64,000 nt of DNA from a bacterium (lineage in GTDB: Bacteria; 4484-113; JAGGVC01): contig JAGGVC010000126.1 in assembly GCA_021158185.1 (NCBI GenBank), positions 10,689-74,688 on the forward strand, written 5' to 3'. The notes under the pieces are model-generated. The model made no database searches. It had not been told where the DNA came from and saw nothing but the letters and a program-made list of their open reading frames with translations. Shown here piece after piece: positions 25,396-35,441 of the stretch. A program made the position numbers and the translations under genes. Numbering within the stretch: the first letter of the stretch is position 1; each line of letters begins with the position of its first letter.

Positions 25396-26610
25396 TTGTA
25401 TTCATCAGAAAAGTCAGTGCTTCTCGGGGTCAGCGGCGGAATCGCTGCATATAAATCATGCGAGATTGCGCGCCATTTTGTAAAGCTCGGTGTGATTGTA
25501 CAACCGGTGATCACTGAAAATGCCGCAAGGTTCGTTGCGCCTCTGACGTTCGAGAGCCTCACAGGTCGCCCGTGTTTTACAGGGATGTTCAACGGCAAAA
25601 CGAAAACGGATGAAGCAGGCGCATTCAGGCACATCGATTTTGGAAGAGATTACGACGTGATGCTTGTCGCGCCCGCCACTGCAAACATCGTCGCTAAATT
25701 CTCTGCAGGAATTGCGGATGATCTCTTAAGCACTACTTATCTGTGCTTTGAGGGCGATGTGGTTATCGCGCCCGCGATGAATTCGCGGATGTGGAGTCAT
25801 CCAACCGTGATGCGCAACCTGGAACGTATTCGCGAGGATGGTGTTGAGATAATTGAACCTACCGCCGGTGATTTGGCCTGTGGCGAAACCGGCATGGGAA
25901 GGATGGCCGATATTGGTATTATTACCGGTCGCGTCGAGAAACTGCTTGGGCTTGGCGGGCCATGGCAGGGGCGCAAGGTTGTTGTGACAACCGGTGCAAC
26001 GAGGGAAACCATCGATCCGGTCAGGTTCATCTCAAACAATTCTACGGGTGATTTCGGACGAGCTGTTGCCCGGCAGCTCATCCATTACGGCGCTGATGTG
26101 AAGCTCGTTGAAGCGAATCCGCCGTCGCCAGTGCACTTCACGCCTGACTGCGAGAGATTTGTCGTTGAAACAGCTGACGAAATTTTGATGCGCACGATAG
26201 AGCTTGCAGATGATGCCGACTGGGTTTTTATGTTTGCTGCAGTATCCGATTTCACTCCTGTAATGCAGTCTGCGAACAAAATCAAGAAGAAAGAACAGAA
26301 AGATGCGTTGAAGATTGAGCTTGCTGGAACTGTGGATGTGCTCGTTGAACTCGGCAAGCTCAAGAACCGTCCTAAACTCGTCGGTGTCAGCGCTGAAAGC
26401 ACTGATGTAATCAGTAATTCAGCAGTGAAGCTGAAAGAAAAAGGGCTTTGCGCGATACTTGCAGTTGATGTCGGCGCTGAGAGTCATCCTTTCGGAGCAA
26501 CGCCTATGGCAGGTACGGTTATTTTCCCCGATGGGAGGAATGTTGAAATCGAAAGCCTGCCCAAAGAAGTTCTCGCAAGGCGATTTGTGGATGAGCTGAG
26601 CGACATTTAG
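25396..26610 (+). CDS. coaBC: Bifunctional phosphopantothenoylcysteine decarboxylase / phosphopantothenate-cysteine ligase
   Basis: N-terminal flavoprotein domain (VLLGVSGGIAAYKS) and C-terminal CoaB domain. The start codon is TTG with a GGAG ribosome-binding site. Confidence 0.9.
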   Translation: MYSSEKSVLLGVSGGIAAYKSCEIARHFVKLGVIVQPVITENAARFVAPLTFESLTGRPCFTGMFNGKTKTDEAGAFRHIDFGRDYDVMLVAPATANIVAKFSAGIADDLLSTTYLCFEGDVVIAPAMNSRMWSHPTVMRNLERIREDGVEIIEPTAGDLACGETGMGRMADIGIITGRVEKLLGLGGPWQGRKVVVTTGATRETIDPVRFISNNSTGDFGRAVARQLIHYGADVKLVEANPPSPVHFTPDCERFVVETADEILMRTIELADDADWVFMFAAVSDFTPVMQSANKIKKKEQKDALKIELAGTVDVLVELGKLKNRPKLVGVSAESTDVISNSAVKLKEKGLCAILAVDVGAESHPFGATPMAGTVIFPDGRNVEIESLPKEVLARRFVDELSDI

Positions 26611-26683
26611 GATGTTAGTGGGGAATGCTGAACGTTTCCCTGTGATTCTGTTATGAGCGTAAATTCCGGACAGGAAAGGTGTT

Positions 26684-27700
26684 GTGATGGGTACACCGAG
26701 ATTTGAGAAACCGGAGAGGAGAAGAATGATGCTGAGGAACTTGTCTCTATGGGGACTGCCCATTTTGTTTCTGATCGCAGGGCTTGTTGTCGGGAATGTT
26801 GCCGGAAAGAATGCAGACGCTTTTGCAGCATCTGATACCCTGATTCTCGAACAGGGCGGCAACACATACGATCTTGACGACTACAGCCTGTTTCTTTTTA
26901 TGAATTCCAGTGATGTTATCGAGATTTTCATCGATATGGTCGTAATCCGAAGCGAGGCGGAATCCCGCGGGCTCAAAGTTACGGAGGCAGAAGTTGATGA
27001 ATTCATAGCAGGCAATATGGTCTCGACCGACGGGCGAAACCGCTATGATCAGTACGTAGAGCTTTTCGATAAGGACACGATACGCCGCCAGATTGCAATG
27101 CAGATCCTATCAGAAAAACTGGAAAAGCAATTGCGCGACGAGATCGTTAGAGAGCAAAATCTGAATGTGACTGAAAAGGACGCAAAGGACTTCTTCCTCG
27201 AACACATTGCCGAGATTCATCGGCCCGCTATGGTGGATGTCAGCCTCCTTTCCACGAGTGATCGGGCAAAGTGCGAGGAAGCTCTTCGCAGGCTTGAGGG
27301 TGGAGCGGACTTCAACGAGCTTTCAGCTGAAATGAGCGATATCAAAGAGCTTGCCCAGCAGGGAGGCCATCTCGGTCGGGCTTCATATCGCGACCTGGAA
27401 TCGATAAATTCCACACTTGCCGACACCGCATTCGGTTTGTCGGACGAGCAGTACAGCGATATTATACGCGGCGAGCACAATTTCCATATCGTATTTGTAC
27501 ACCAGAAATTGCCCGAATACACGCCTACTTTTGATGAAATCAAGGACGACCTGAGAGAGCAGATCTTTGAAGCTAAGCTTAAGCCGCTGATGGCCAACGC
27601 ATACAACAGGATTCTTGCTAAGGGATACGAATCAGTCGAGCCAAAAGTAAGGCTTCTCGAACCGAAAAATCGGGGAACGGGAGATTCCGAGGACGGATAA
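26684..27700 (+). CDS. Parvulin-type peptidyl-prolyl cis-trans isomerase (SurA/PrsA-like), signal-anchored
   Basis: N-terminal TM/signal segment, then a PpiC-type rotamase region (…GGHLGRASYRDLES…FHIVFV…). Confidence 0.6.
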   Translation: MMGTPRFEKPERRRMMLRNLSLWGLPILFLIAGLVVGNVAGKNADAFAASDTLILEQGGNTYDLDDYSLFLFMNSSDVIEIFIDMVVIRSEAESRGLKVTEAEVDEFIAGNMVSTDGRNRYDQYVELFDKDTIRRQIAMQILSEKLEKQLRDEIVREQNLNVTEKDAKDFFLEHIAEIHRPAMVDVSLLSTSDRAKCEEALRRLEGGADFNELSAEMSDIKELAQQGGHLGRASYRDLESINSTLADTAFGLSDEQYSDIIRGEHNFHIVFVHQKLPEYTPTFDEIKDDLREQIFEAKLKPLMANAYNRILAKGYESVEPKVRLLEPKNRGTGDSEDG

Positions 27701-27831
27701 CCCTTGCATTGATTGGTCGTTTTGGTTATTGTATGCACGTTGCCGAAGGGCGGGGCCTTTAGGAGTGACGAAGCCTGCTCTCGCGGCAGATTGTGTGTTG
27801 ACGATGAGTTCCGCTCTGTTTTTGAAATCAA

Positions 27832-30164
27832 ATGGTGAATTTGAACCAGCCGGTTGACGTTGAGCTTCTTTGCAAGGCAGGAGGGGGACGCACTTATACA
27901 TATCGGTACAACCTTCATTATCTGTACCCGGAGCCGGGTGAGATCGTTGTTGTTCCTTTCGGTTCAAGACTTGCCCCCGCCGTCGTTGTCGAGAAACCGA
28001 AGGTCGAACCCGCTCTTCGTCTGCCGCTTGGCAGTGTCGCGTCGAGTTCCTTTTCAGACATAGAAAAGCTTAGGCCGATTCTGGGTGTCGTTCGTGAACC
28101 CGGAATTCTTCACTCAATATCAGTATCCGCAGGTAGATTGATTAAGAAATATCTACGCTCTGCTGCTGCCGCATTTTCGACGTGGACACCGGCATCGTTT
28201 GAGCGAGAATTCAAGCTGTTTTTTTTTGCCCGGGTGGGCGTGAGCGCCTGAAGGAATATATCCGCGCTCTCAATAATAAAGGTGAGCTTGACAAGAATAG
28301 CGCAGCCAGAATCCTAGAAATACTCGAGCCTTGTTGTGATGAACCCAAACAGCTTCTTGCGCGCACGATCCGCTTCTTGATCAAGTATCCCGCACGCTCA
28401 GGAAGGCCGCCGCAGGGTCTTCTGTCAGATGCGAGACTCCAGGCAATGGTCAACCTCGGGCTTCTCAAATTCCTTGTCCGTCCAAAGTACATCGAGGCGT
28501 TTGAAGATTATGCAACCGGATCATCGCCGCCATCTCCATTACCAAACCTGTTTACGGATTTCAAGCTGTTCAAACTGGCTGAACGGAACGCGTTTCTCGC
28601 ATCATTTCCCGAAGCAATCACTATATTTACCGCATTCTCAGGTGTCGATCGAATCCTTTGCGACGGTCTTTCAGAATTTCTTGATGCTTCGGTTGTCGCA
28701 TCAAGGCAAAGGCGGGCAATTATCGCGCCATCGAAGGGCTGGTGCACAATCATCGGGGAGCGGCTAATCAAACTTGGATTGAAACCCGCTTTCTTCAACT
28801 CAGCTCTCTCTCCCGCAAGAACGAGGAAGCTCCTGGGCGATGTTTTGAATGGCAAGCGCGATATCGCGGTGGGTACACGCGCTCTTGCACCACTCACCTC
28901 TCATTTTGGCCCATCGGATGTTTTTTTGTTTGACGCGGACTCGACCGCTTTCGATGCGGAACCGACACATCCCGATGTTCTGGGCATACTCGGCGCCGGG
29001 CTTGCAGATGGGAGTACCGTTTTTATTCACCATTTCAAGGGCGCAGGGGCAAAAGAGGCTGGCATTTCTCCTGACATCAGCCCTGCGTTCAAAGGCAAAA
29101 CCAGCAGAACTCCCACAAAAAAATCCCCTGACTCTGCAAGAAAGCTGCATCGAGGCCTACCGGACAGCCGGCTTGAAGTAGTTAATCTTGCCAGATGGAA
29201 GGAATCCCCCAAAGGTGATAATCCTGTGGCTCTTCTTGCCATCGAGGTAGCCAGAGGTGGTTCACAGCTTTTGCTTGTCCAAAACAGGCTGGGCGAATCG
29301 AGCGGGTTTTACTGTGCCGAATGCTACACAGATATTCCCTGTCCGAGGTGCGGTGCGATGCTCCACTTCACAGGCGGTCGCTACAAGTGCTCGACGTGCG
29401 GATTCTCGGATTCAAAGATAGCGTGCCCGGCTTGCGGTTCAACGAGTCTCGGGCGTACGGCTCCCGGTATTTTTTCGACCGCAAAGGATATTTCGAAGCT
29501 TCTCGGCTCAAAGGACGGGATAAGAACGTTTTTTTCGGAATCAGACATCGGCAGGAGTGATTCATCCAACGAGTCCGGCATTGGAACAAATGCAGACAAG
29601 CGCGTAAACGACAAAGCCGCACCAGGAATCTCTATTTCGACCGATGTGTGCCTGTACCGCAGACTGCCTGTCCATCCTGATGCGATAGTTGTTACGGGCA
29701 TAGAGGACAAGCTTTCCCGATATGCATATAGCGGAGGCGAGCGCTCTTCCGCTTATCTGGCTCGGATTCGCGGAATTTACTCCGGTGAGAGTACAAGGCT
29801 TATAGTGGGCACGTTCCGATATGACCATCCGTTTTTCCGCTGGCTTCGCGGAGAAAATGATGGGTATTTCGTCGAGCGAAAAAAACTAGCCTTGAAGCGC
29901 GGTCTTCCGCCATTTGCGCCAATGTTCGTTGTTCGCGTTAGGGCAAGCGCTTACAAGCAGGCGTGGCTTTTTGCAAAGGCGTTGAAGAGTGAGTTTGGAG
30001 AATCATCCTTTCTTGATCCGGTCGCCCTGCGCGGTGCGAGTGTAACCCGTAAGGTTCTTGAAATCGAGGCGGCTTCGCCCCTTGACAATTTTCAAAGGAA
30101 AACCATTGTTGCTCTCGGAAGAAAGTACAAGATTGAGGCTCTCCCGTACGTTACGTACTTCTAG
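27832..30164 (+). pseudogene. priA: PriA-like primosomal protein, split by a frameshift at a T9 homopolymer (28219-28227) and carrying degenerate ATPase motifs
   Basis: The N-terminal ORF 27832-28251 matches the PriA 3'-DNA-binding domain (YTYRY…GEIVVVPFGSRLAPAVVV). Frame 3 is open from 28203 and continues collinear with PriA through the Cys-rich zinc region (CAECYTDIPCPRCG…CSTCG…CPACGS). Walker A, Walker B and motif VI are replaced by FSGVDR, FDADST and IRGIYSG. Confidence 0.55.
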
Positions 30165-30183
30165 GCGATAACCAAACCCTAAA

Positions 30184-30924
30184 TTATGAATAGTTCGAGT
30201 CAATCATTTCGATCTGCCCGACTACGACCTTAAACACTTCGTCAATTCCTTTTTGAGCAAGTTCAACGAGCTTATCGAACTGCTCCTTCGTATACATGCT
30301 TTCTTCGGCGCTCAAGCCGAAATCCACAAATCTGCCATTATTGAACATGACGGCGTAGCCATCAACTTGAGCGTTCGAGTCTTCTTTGTAATCGAGATCG
30401 AGAAGCGGCACACCTCCGACGATTCCAACGCTCACAGCACAGATCGGCTCGATAATCGGCCACATGGCGAATCGTTTTTCGCTCGCCTTAATCAGGCTGT
30501 AAAGCGCAAGAAAGCCACCTGTAATGCTTGCTGTGCGCGTTCCTCCGTCCGCAGAAATTACATCACAGTCGATGTGAATCGTACACTGACCGATCCCCGC
30601 GAGTTTGACCACATTTCTAAGGGAGCGCCCGATAAGACGCTGAATTTCCTGTGTGCGTCCCGAGACAATCGTACCGCGTTCGCGCTGCGTCCGTTTGTCC
30701 GTTGCGCCGGGCAGCATTGAATACTCTGCCGTAAGCCATCCAAGCCCGCTTCCGTATCGCCACTGGGGAACGCGGTTTTCAAGCGATGCGGAACAAATCA
30801 CCTTCGTATCTCCGCAACTTATGAGCACCTGGTGTGGACGGTGAAAACCCGTCTCGATCGAAACGGGCCTTATTTCATCATTATGCCGTCCATCCGCGCG
30901 CGGCCCTTTTTCTGGCAATCCCAT
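30184..30924 (-). CDS. rph: Ribonuclease PH
   Basis: RADGRHNDEIRPVSIETG…CGDTKVICSAS matches the RNase PH N-terminus. The start was chosen at MGLPEKGP, because the longer ORF overlaps murI. Confidence 0.85.
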   Translation of the reverse strand: MGLPEKGPRADGRHNDEIRPVSIETGFHRPHQVLISCGDTKVICSASLENRVPQWRYGSGLGWLTAEYSMLPGATDKRTQRERGTIVSGRTQEIQRLIGRSLRNVVKLAGIGQCTIHIDCDVISADGGTRTASITGGFLALYSLIKASEKRFAMWPIIEPICAVSVGIVGGVPLLDLDYKEDSNAQVDGYAVMFNNGRFVDFGLSAEESMYTKEQFDKLVELAQKGIDEVFKVVVGQIEMIDSNYS

Positions 30925-30964
30925 CTTTTCTCTCAACGCGTCCAGGCTCTTAAGACGTCCCTCT

Positions 30965-31828
30965 TCAGCCACTGTTTTCCTCCCATTTTTCCGATATTTC
31001 ACGATTGATATTCTCGACTTCAATCAAGGCTTCGATATCGATTCCGAGATACTCGCTGCCCTTTTCTACAAACGTTTCCGACTGCTCGCTCAGATATATG
31101 CGGGTTTCCACATTGCCTGTGTATTTGCTCAGCTCTGCACCTGAAAGACCAGCAAGGTAATTCACTACATCGATTGCTAGATATGCGGCTGGATCAACGA
31201 ATGTGAGCCGTCCGTCCGATATCTCACAGAGCGCATCCTCAAGGAAAGGATAGTGTGTGCATCCGTAAACCACAGTATCGCATCCCGCCTTTAGAATCGG
31301 CGCAAGGTATTCCCTGCATGCGTCCATTACCTTTAATGTGTCGCGCTCTCCCGCTTCAATGAGTGGTACGAACTTGGGGCAGGGAATAGCTTCAACGAGC
31401 GAGTCTGGATTACGCATTTTGATTTCGCGCTGGTAGCTTCCGCTTGAAACCGTGGCAGCGGTTGCAATCACGCCGATTCTGCCGTTCCTCGAAACATTCA
31501 CGGCGTGCTGTGCTCCACCCGTAACAAGTCCAAATACCGGCACCTGAGCATTATCTCTATCCTCGCGGGTAAGGACGCTCGATGAAACATTACAGGCAAT
31601 AGCGATCACACCCGCCCCTTTTCCAACAAGGAAATCAATTGTGTTAAGTGCAAACAAGCGAATCTGCTCAAGAGGACGCGCTCCGTAAGGTACATGGTAT
31701 GTGTCTCCGAAGTAAAGCACCGGAACGGACGGCGCATGTTTCCTGAGTTCACTGAATACTGTGAATCCGCCTATCCCGGAATCGAACATGCCCACCGGAA
31801 CAAGCGGCAGATCATCTGTTGGAATCAT
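30965..31828 (-). CDS. murI: Glutamate racemase
   Basis: VGMFDSGIGGFTV and …YFGDTYHVPYG… are MurI signatures. Confidence 0.9.
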   Translation of the reverse strand: MIPTDDLPLVPVGMFDSGIGGFTVFSELRKHAPSVPVLYFGDTYHVPYGARPLEQIRLFALNTIDFLVGKGAGVIAIACNVSSSVLTREDRDNAQVPVFGLVTGGAQHAVNVSRNGRIGVIATAATVSSGSYQREIKMRNPDSLVEAIPCPKFVPLIEAGERDTLKVMDACREYLAPILKAGCDTVVYGCTHYPFLEDALCEISDGRLTFVDPAAYLAIDVVNYLAGLSGAELSKYTGNVETRIYLSEQSETFVEKGSEYLGIDIEALIEVENINREISEKWEENSG

Positions 31829-32843
31829 ACAACTCCTCAGAGTTTATTCGGGCAAGCGAGGATGCACAGGACTCCATACTTAGGTCAACGTCAAAGAGTG
31901 TAACAACTTCCTCTCCGTTATACTCCACGCGGTAGCCCTGAAAACCTACGCGCGATTGAACGAAGCTGTAAACTGTAAACACGAGTGATTTCACAACTGA
32001 CACAGCTTTATCCCGCTCAAGCTCCATCAGCGAGTCATCGAGCGAGACAACAATTGTGCCCTTTTCCTCTCGCAGGCTGAATTCGATGTCCAGAAGTCCT
32101 GCTTCGTAAATGCCGCCATATGTATACTCATCGGTGAGTTTTTTGTAAAGCTCATCGGGCGTTTCGGCGGCAATTGAGGAAGGTACAAGATACCCCGTGT
32201 TCCTGAGTACAAAATATGCACATATTTTCTTAGAATCCTCCGCAGGATCGAAGTTGTTTACCCAAACCGGAACGAGCATAGGCGCCCTTATTCCAGTTCC
32301 TTCAGGCAGGTAGTCTTGCTTTGACCCGTCAATCAGGATTTGCAGCCTGGTAACTCCCGGAATCTGTTTTGCCGCATGCTCAAGCGAAAGCACGAGCCCT
32401 ATTTCGTAAGTGCTTCCGCCGCCGTAGCTGACCACTTCCCGGCTGAGATCAAGCGTCAACAAGTCCTCCTCGACGACCGCAGAAATCACCTGCGTTTCTT
32501 CAGGGATTGTTCTTGCAAGGAGCATAGATGCATGCGGCCCCTCGATCATCTCGTCGAATATCACTTTCGGATACGGAAGGCTTTTGTCTACCATCCTGGT
32601 AACGGGTACAAGAACCGTGGCCATCCGATCATAGAAATAGAGCCTAATAGGGATCTGGTCGCTTGATTCGCTCGTATCCATCGCACCTATATCAATATCC
32701 TGGCTGTCAGCCTCCTTTTCACCGCTGTCCCGCGGGCAGCCTGTCGTGAAAACCACGGCAGCGAGAATTAGAATGAGCATTGCGATCAGGCGAGCCGCGA
32801 TGCTGGCTTTAGTAATGAGCGATAATTGGTTTCTGCAACACAT
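31812..32843 (-). CDS. GerM-like lipoprotein with tandem GerMN domains
   Basis: Signal anchor (…LILILAAVVFTTGC). Two GerMN-like segments (IRLYFYDRMATVLVPVTRMV…; TGYLVPSS…). It lies directly upstream of murI, as gerM does next to racE in Bacillus. Confidence 0.5.
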   Translation of the reverse strand: MCCRNQLSLITKASIAARLIAMLILILAAVVFTTGCPRDSGEKEADSQDIDIGAMDTSESSDQIPIRLYFYDRMATVLVPVTRMVDKSLPYPKVIFDEMIEGPHASMLLARTIPEETQVISAVVEEDLLTLDLSREVVSYGGGSTYEIGLVLSLEHAAKQIPGVTRLQILIDGSKQDYLPEGTGIRAPMLVPVWVNNFDPAEDSKKICAYFVLRNTGYLVPSSIAAETPDELYKKLTDEYTYGGIYEAGLLDIEFSLREEKGTIVVSLDDSLMELERDKAVSVVKSLVFTVYSFVQSRVGFQGYRVEYNGEEVVTLFDVDLSMESCASSLARINSEELYDSNR

Positions 32844-32854
32844 ATTCGTCGGTT

Positions 32855-33307
32855 TCAGAATGATTGTCCCCTTTGCTCGCGATCCTGATCGCGCTTTTTG
32901 ATGGTTTCGCGCTTGTCATATTCCCGCTTGCCCCTGCAAAGCCCGATTTCCACCTTCACCCGACCGCGCAGGGTGTACATCCTCAGCGGTACGATTGCAA
33001 ATCCCTTTTCCTCGCTCTTTTGCCTTAGACGGAAAAGCTCTCTTTTATGCGCAAGGAGCTTTCTTGGCCGTTCCGGCTCGTGACCCAGGCTTCCGCTTTC
33101 CTCGTATCGGGCAATATTCAGGCCGATCAGCCAAAGCTCGTCGCCTCGAAACTGGGCATAGCTGTGGCGGAGATTTGCACTGCCTCTCCTTATGCTTTTC
33201 ACTTCGCTTCCGACAAGCACAATACCGCATTCGAGACGTTCGCGCACATGATAGTCGCGAAACGCACGCCGGTTGTGAACTTCAATTTTCTTCAGGAATT
33301 CAGACAC
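32855..33307 (-). CDS. smpB: SsrA-binding protein
   Basis: Full-length match to the SmpB consensus (…NRRAFRDYHV…GIVL.GSEVKS…). Confidence 0.9.
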   Translation of the reverse strand: MSEFLKKIEVHNRRAFRDYHVRERLECGIVLVGSEVKSIRRGSANLRHSYAQFRGDELWLIGLNIARYEESGSLGHEPERPRKLLAHKRELFRLRQKSEEKGFAIVPLRMYTLRGRVKVEIGLCRGKREYDKRETIKKRDQDREQRGQSF

Positions 33308-33564
33308 AGAACCTTTATTATATCATCGTGATCGTTCCAGCCTGTTGGATTTCGTGTGCATTTACAGCCATCTGTGCTGGTCTGTCGTCAGTAGTAAGAT
33401 CAGACGAAATGCCTTTATTGATATTTGCCGAAAGAAGAATTGTGCGTCAGAGCAGCCAATTGGGGGAGTCATTCTCAATGGCAATGCATCCGAGAGGGAA
33501 TCACCGGATAATATCCATGCAAAGGCATCCTGTATAATAGGATTTTTCATCTGGAGGACTCACA

Positions 33565-35403
33565 ATGCACATCAACCTGGTGCAGTTTTCGTCACGCGTG
33601 ATCCTGTCTGCTCTCGCAGTGCTGTTATTCCTGTCCACGGCTCAGTGGTTCTCGCCAATAACGGTGAACGCACAGACACTTGGGCGCACAGATCTTTCTG
33701 TCCCTGTACTTGAATACCTTGCGGAAAAGTACTTTGTCGGCCTCGCTCCTTTCGATCCTGCAATTACGGAAGCGGTCGAAACGTTTGTTCTGCCTGAAGC
33801 TATTCTCGATCACATCTGCGAACTTGACTGGGAAAAGGGGCAGATCGAGAACTTCGCTGCGGACAAGCTCTTCGTCATCGTCCACTGCCTGGACGGCTCG
33901 ATGCGCGCAATCACATTCCGCGATGGACAGGTGCGCAAGGATCGCGAGATAGACGAATCGCGCGCGCGCGTTCTCAGGCGGCTATATTCAGACGAAGCCT
34001 TCATCGCCGCGCCAGCCCCGGAACTGCAGGCGTGGCTCGACCGCGCAGATGTCGACGCGCAAGCAGTGTTCGAGAGTGCCGTCGAACTGGCCGAAACGAG
34101 TGATCTGCCAGCGCTCGATGACGATACGATCGGCAGGGCGCGTGAAAATATGATGGCCGACGAAACGAACACCGACGCTCTCACGCGCGCGCTTGGCGCG
34201 CTTACGGAGTCGGAATACGCTGCCGAGTGCTGCCGGGCGGCGGTCTGGCTGATCTCGCGTATGGACCAGATGTTCTTCAGACGTGAGGACAGTGAGCTTT
34301 CCATAAGCGACCTCAAGACGGTTGAAGCACAGTTGTTTTTCGAAAACGTGTTTTATTCCGTGAAGGCGAAAAACGAACTTCCCTGGGGCGGCGGCGTCTC
34401 GGATGAGGATTTCCTGCAGCAAGTACTTTCGCCCAGATGCACGGGAGAACCGCTTCAACGCTGGCGCAGGCATTTCTGGAGTGCGTTACTTCCTGAAATT
34501 GAGGGCTTATTGGCAGATGATATCGACGTGGCGATGAGCGTAGCATCGAACGCCTACGGCGATTACTTCCAGTACGAAGGCGACACGACGTGGGAGGATT
34601 TTGGGATGTTGACATCGCTCGCAGTTCACGAGGGGCGCTGCGAGGATTGCAGTAACGTATTAAACGCGATGTACCGGACTATCGGGATTCCCGCATGCCA
34701 GACCTACACGCCGTGGTGGGGGCATTCGAGCGGAAACCACGCGTGGACATGGGTCAGGGGTGTCGGCGATCCGCCCAGGGACGGCAACAATGCGGTGAAA
34801 CTTTACGTGAAAACTTGGGACGGGCTCGAAGATGTCACTGCCGAATATGTTCCTGTAACTGAGATAGATGTCGAGATTGTGATAAAGGAATCTTCAGATG
34901 AGAATGTGCGGCAGGAAACCGATTCCGAAACCGAGGAGAAAGCTGAACTGCTCGTTTGGAATCATGACGAGTGGCGACGGGTGGCGCGCACGCCGATTGA
35001 AGAGGGCAGGGCGCTTTTCGAAAAAGTCGGCTGCGGTCTAAACTTCGCTCTGATGGTGCGCGCACCGGGCTGCGCGGATAGAATCGCAGATGTGCGGACG
35101 GACGGCAGCGTGCGGTGGCTGAATCTGGATCCGGTGCTCGAATACGGTTCGGATTCATTCGATGTGATCTTCGACAAGATGAGTGCGCTCGGTGAATTTC
35201 TGCCGGATGCCGAATACACGCTAGATGTTTTCACGCTGAACGGCTGGATTGAGCATCCCTTTGAGCGGGAATGGACAGGCGCGATCAGCTTTACGGGTGC
35301 GACCGACAGACTTTACCGCGTTCTCGGCGAAGGGATTTCCGACAGGCCGTTCACCGTGGAAACCGATGCTGCAACCGGCGAGGTCGCAGTTCTCAAGCGG
35401 TAG
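33565..35403 (+). CDS. Secreted transglutaminase-like (papain-fold cysteine protease superfamily) domain protein
   Basis: Signal peptide. Transglutaminase core Cys…His motif (CEDCSNVLNAMYRTIGIPACQTYTPWWGHSSGNHAWTWV). GGAGGA ribosome-binding site. Confidence 0.6.
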   Translation: MHINLVQFSSRVILSALAVLLFLSTAQWFSPITVNAQTLGRTDLSVPVLEYLAEKYFVGLAPFDPAITEAVETFVLPEAILDHICELDWEKGQIENFAADKLFVIVHCLDGSMRAITFRDGQVRKDREIDESRARVLRRLYSDEAFIAAPAPELQAWLDRADVDAQAVFESAVELAETSDLPALDDDTIGRARENMMADETNTDALTRALGALTESEYAAECCRAAVWLISRMDQMFFRREDSELSISDLKTVEAQLFFENVFYSVKAKNELPWGGGVSDEDFLQQVLSPRCTGEPLQRWRRHFWSALLPEIEGLLADDIDVAMSVASNAYGDYFQYEGDTTWEDFGMLTSLAVHEGRCEDCSNVLNAMYRTIGIPACQTYTPWWGHSSGNHAWTWVRGVGDPPRDGNNAVKLYVKTWDGLEDVTAEYVPVTEIDVEIVIKESSDENVRQETDSETEEKAELLVWNHDEWRRVARTPIEEGRALFEKVGCGLNFALMVRAPGCADRIADVRTDGSVRWLNLDPVLEYGSDSFDVIFDKMSALGEFLPDAEYTLDVFTLNGWIEHPFEREWTGAISFTGATDRLYRVLGEGISDRPFTVETDAATGEVAVLKR

Positions 35404-35441
35404 CAGCGCGAAGCTGTTAGCATGGGATCAACGCTGGATAT

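Noticed and set aside
30925-31023. N-terminal 33-aa extension of the rph ORF.
   Set aside because: It would overlap the 3' end of murI by about 60 nt. The RNase PH homology begins at the internal Met.
33308-33564. I searched for tmRNA (ssrA) next to smpB.
   Set aside because: The 250-nt smpB-adjacent intergenic region has no GGGG…tRNA-like acceptor or T-arm sequence and no ANDENYALAA-type tag reading frame. ORFs 32995-33537 and 33345-33713 there have no support.
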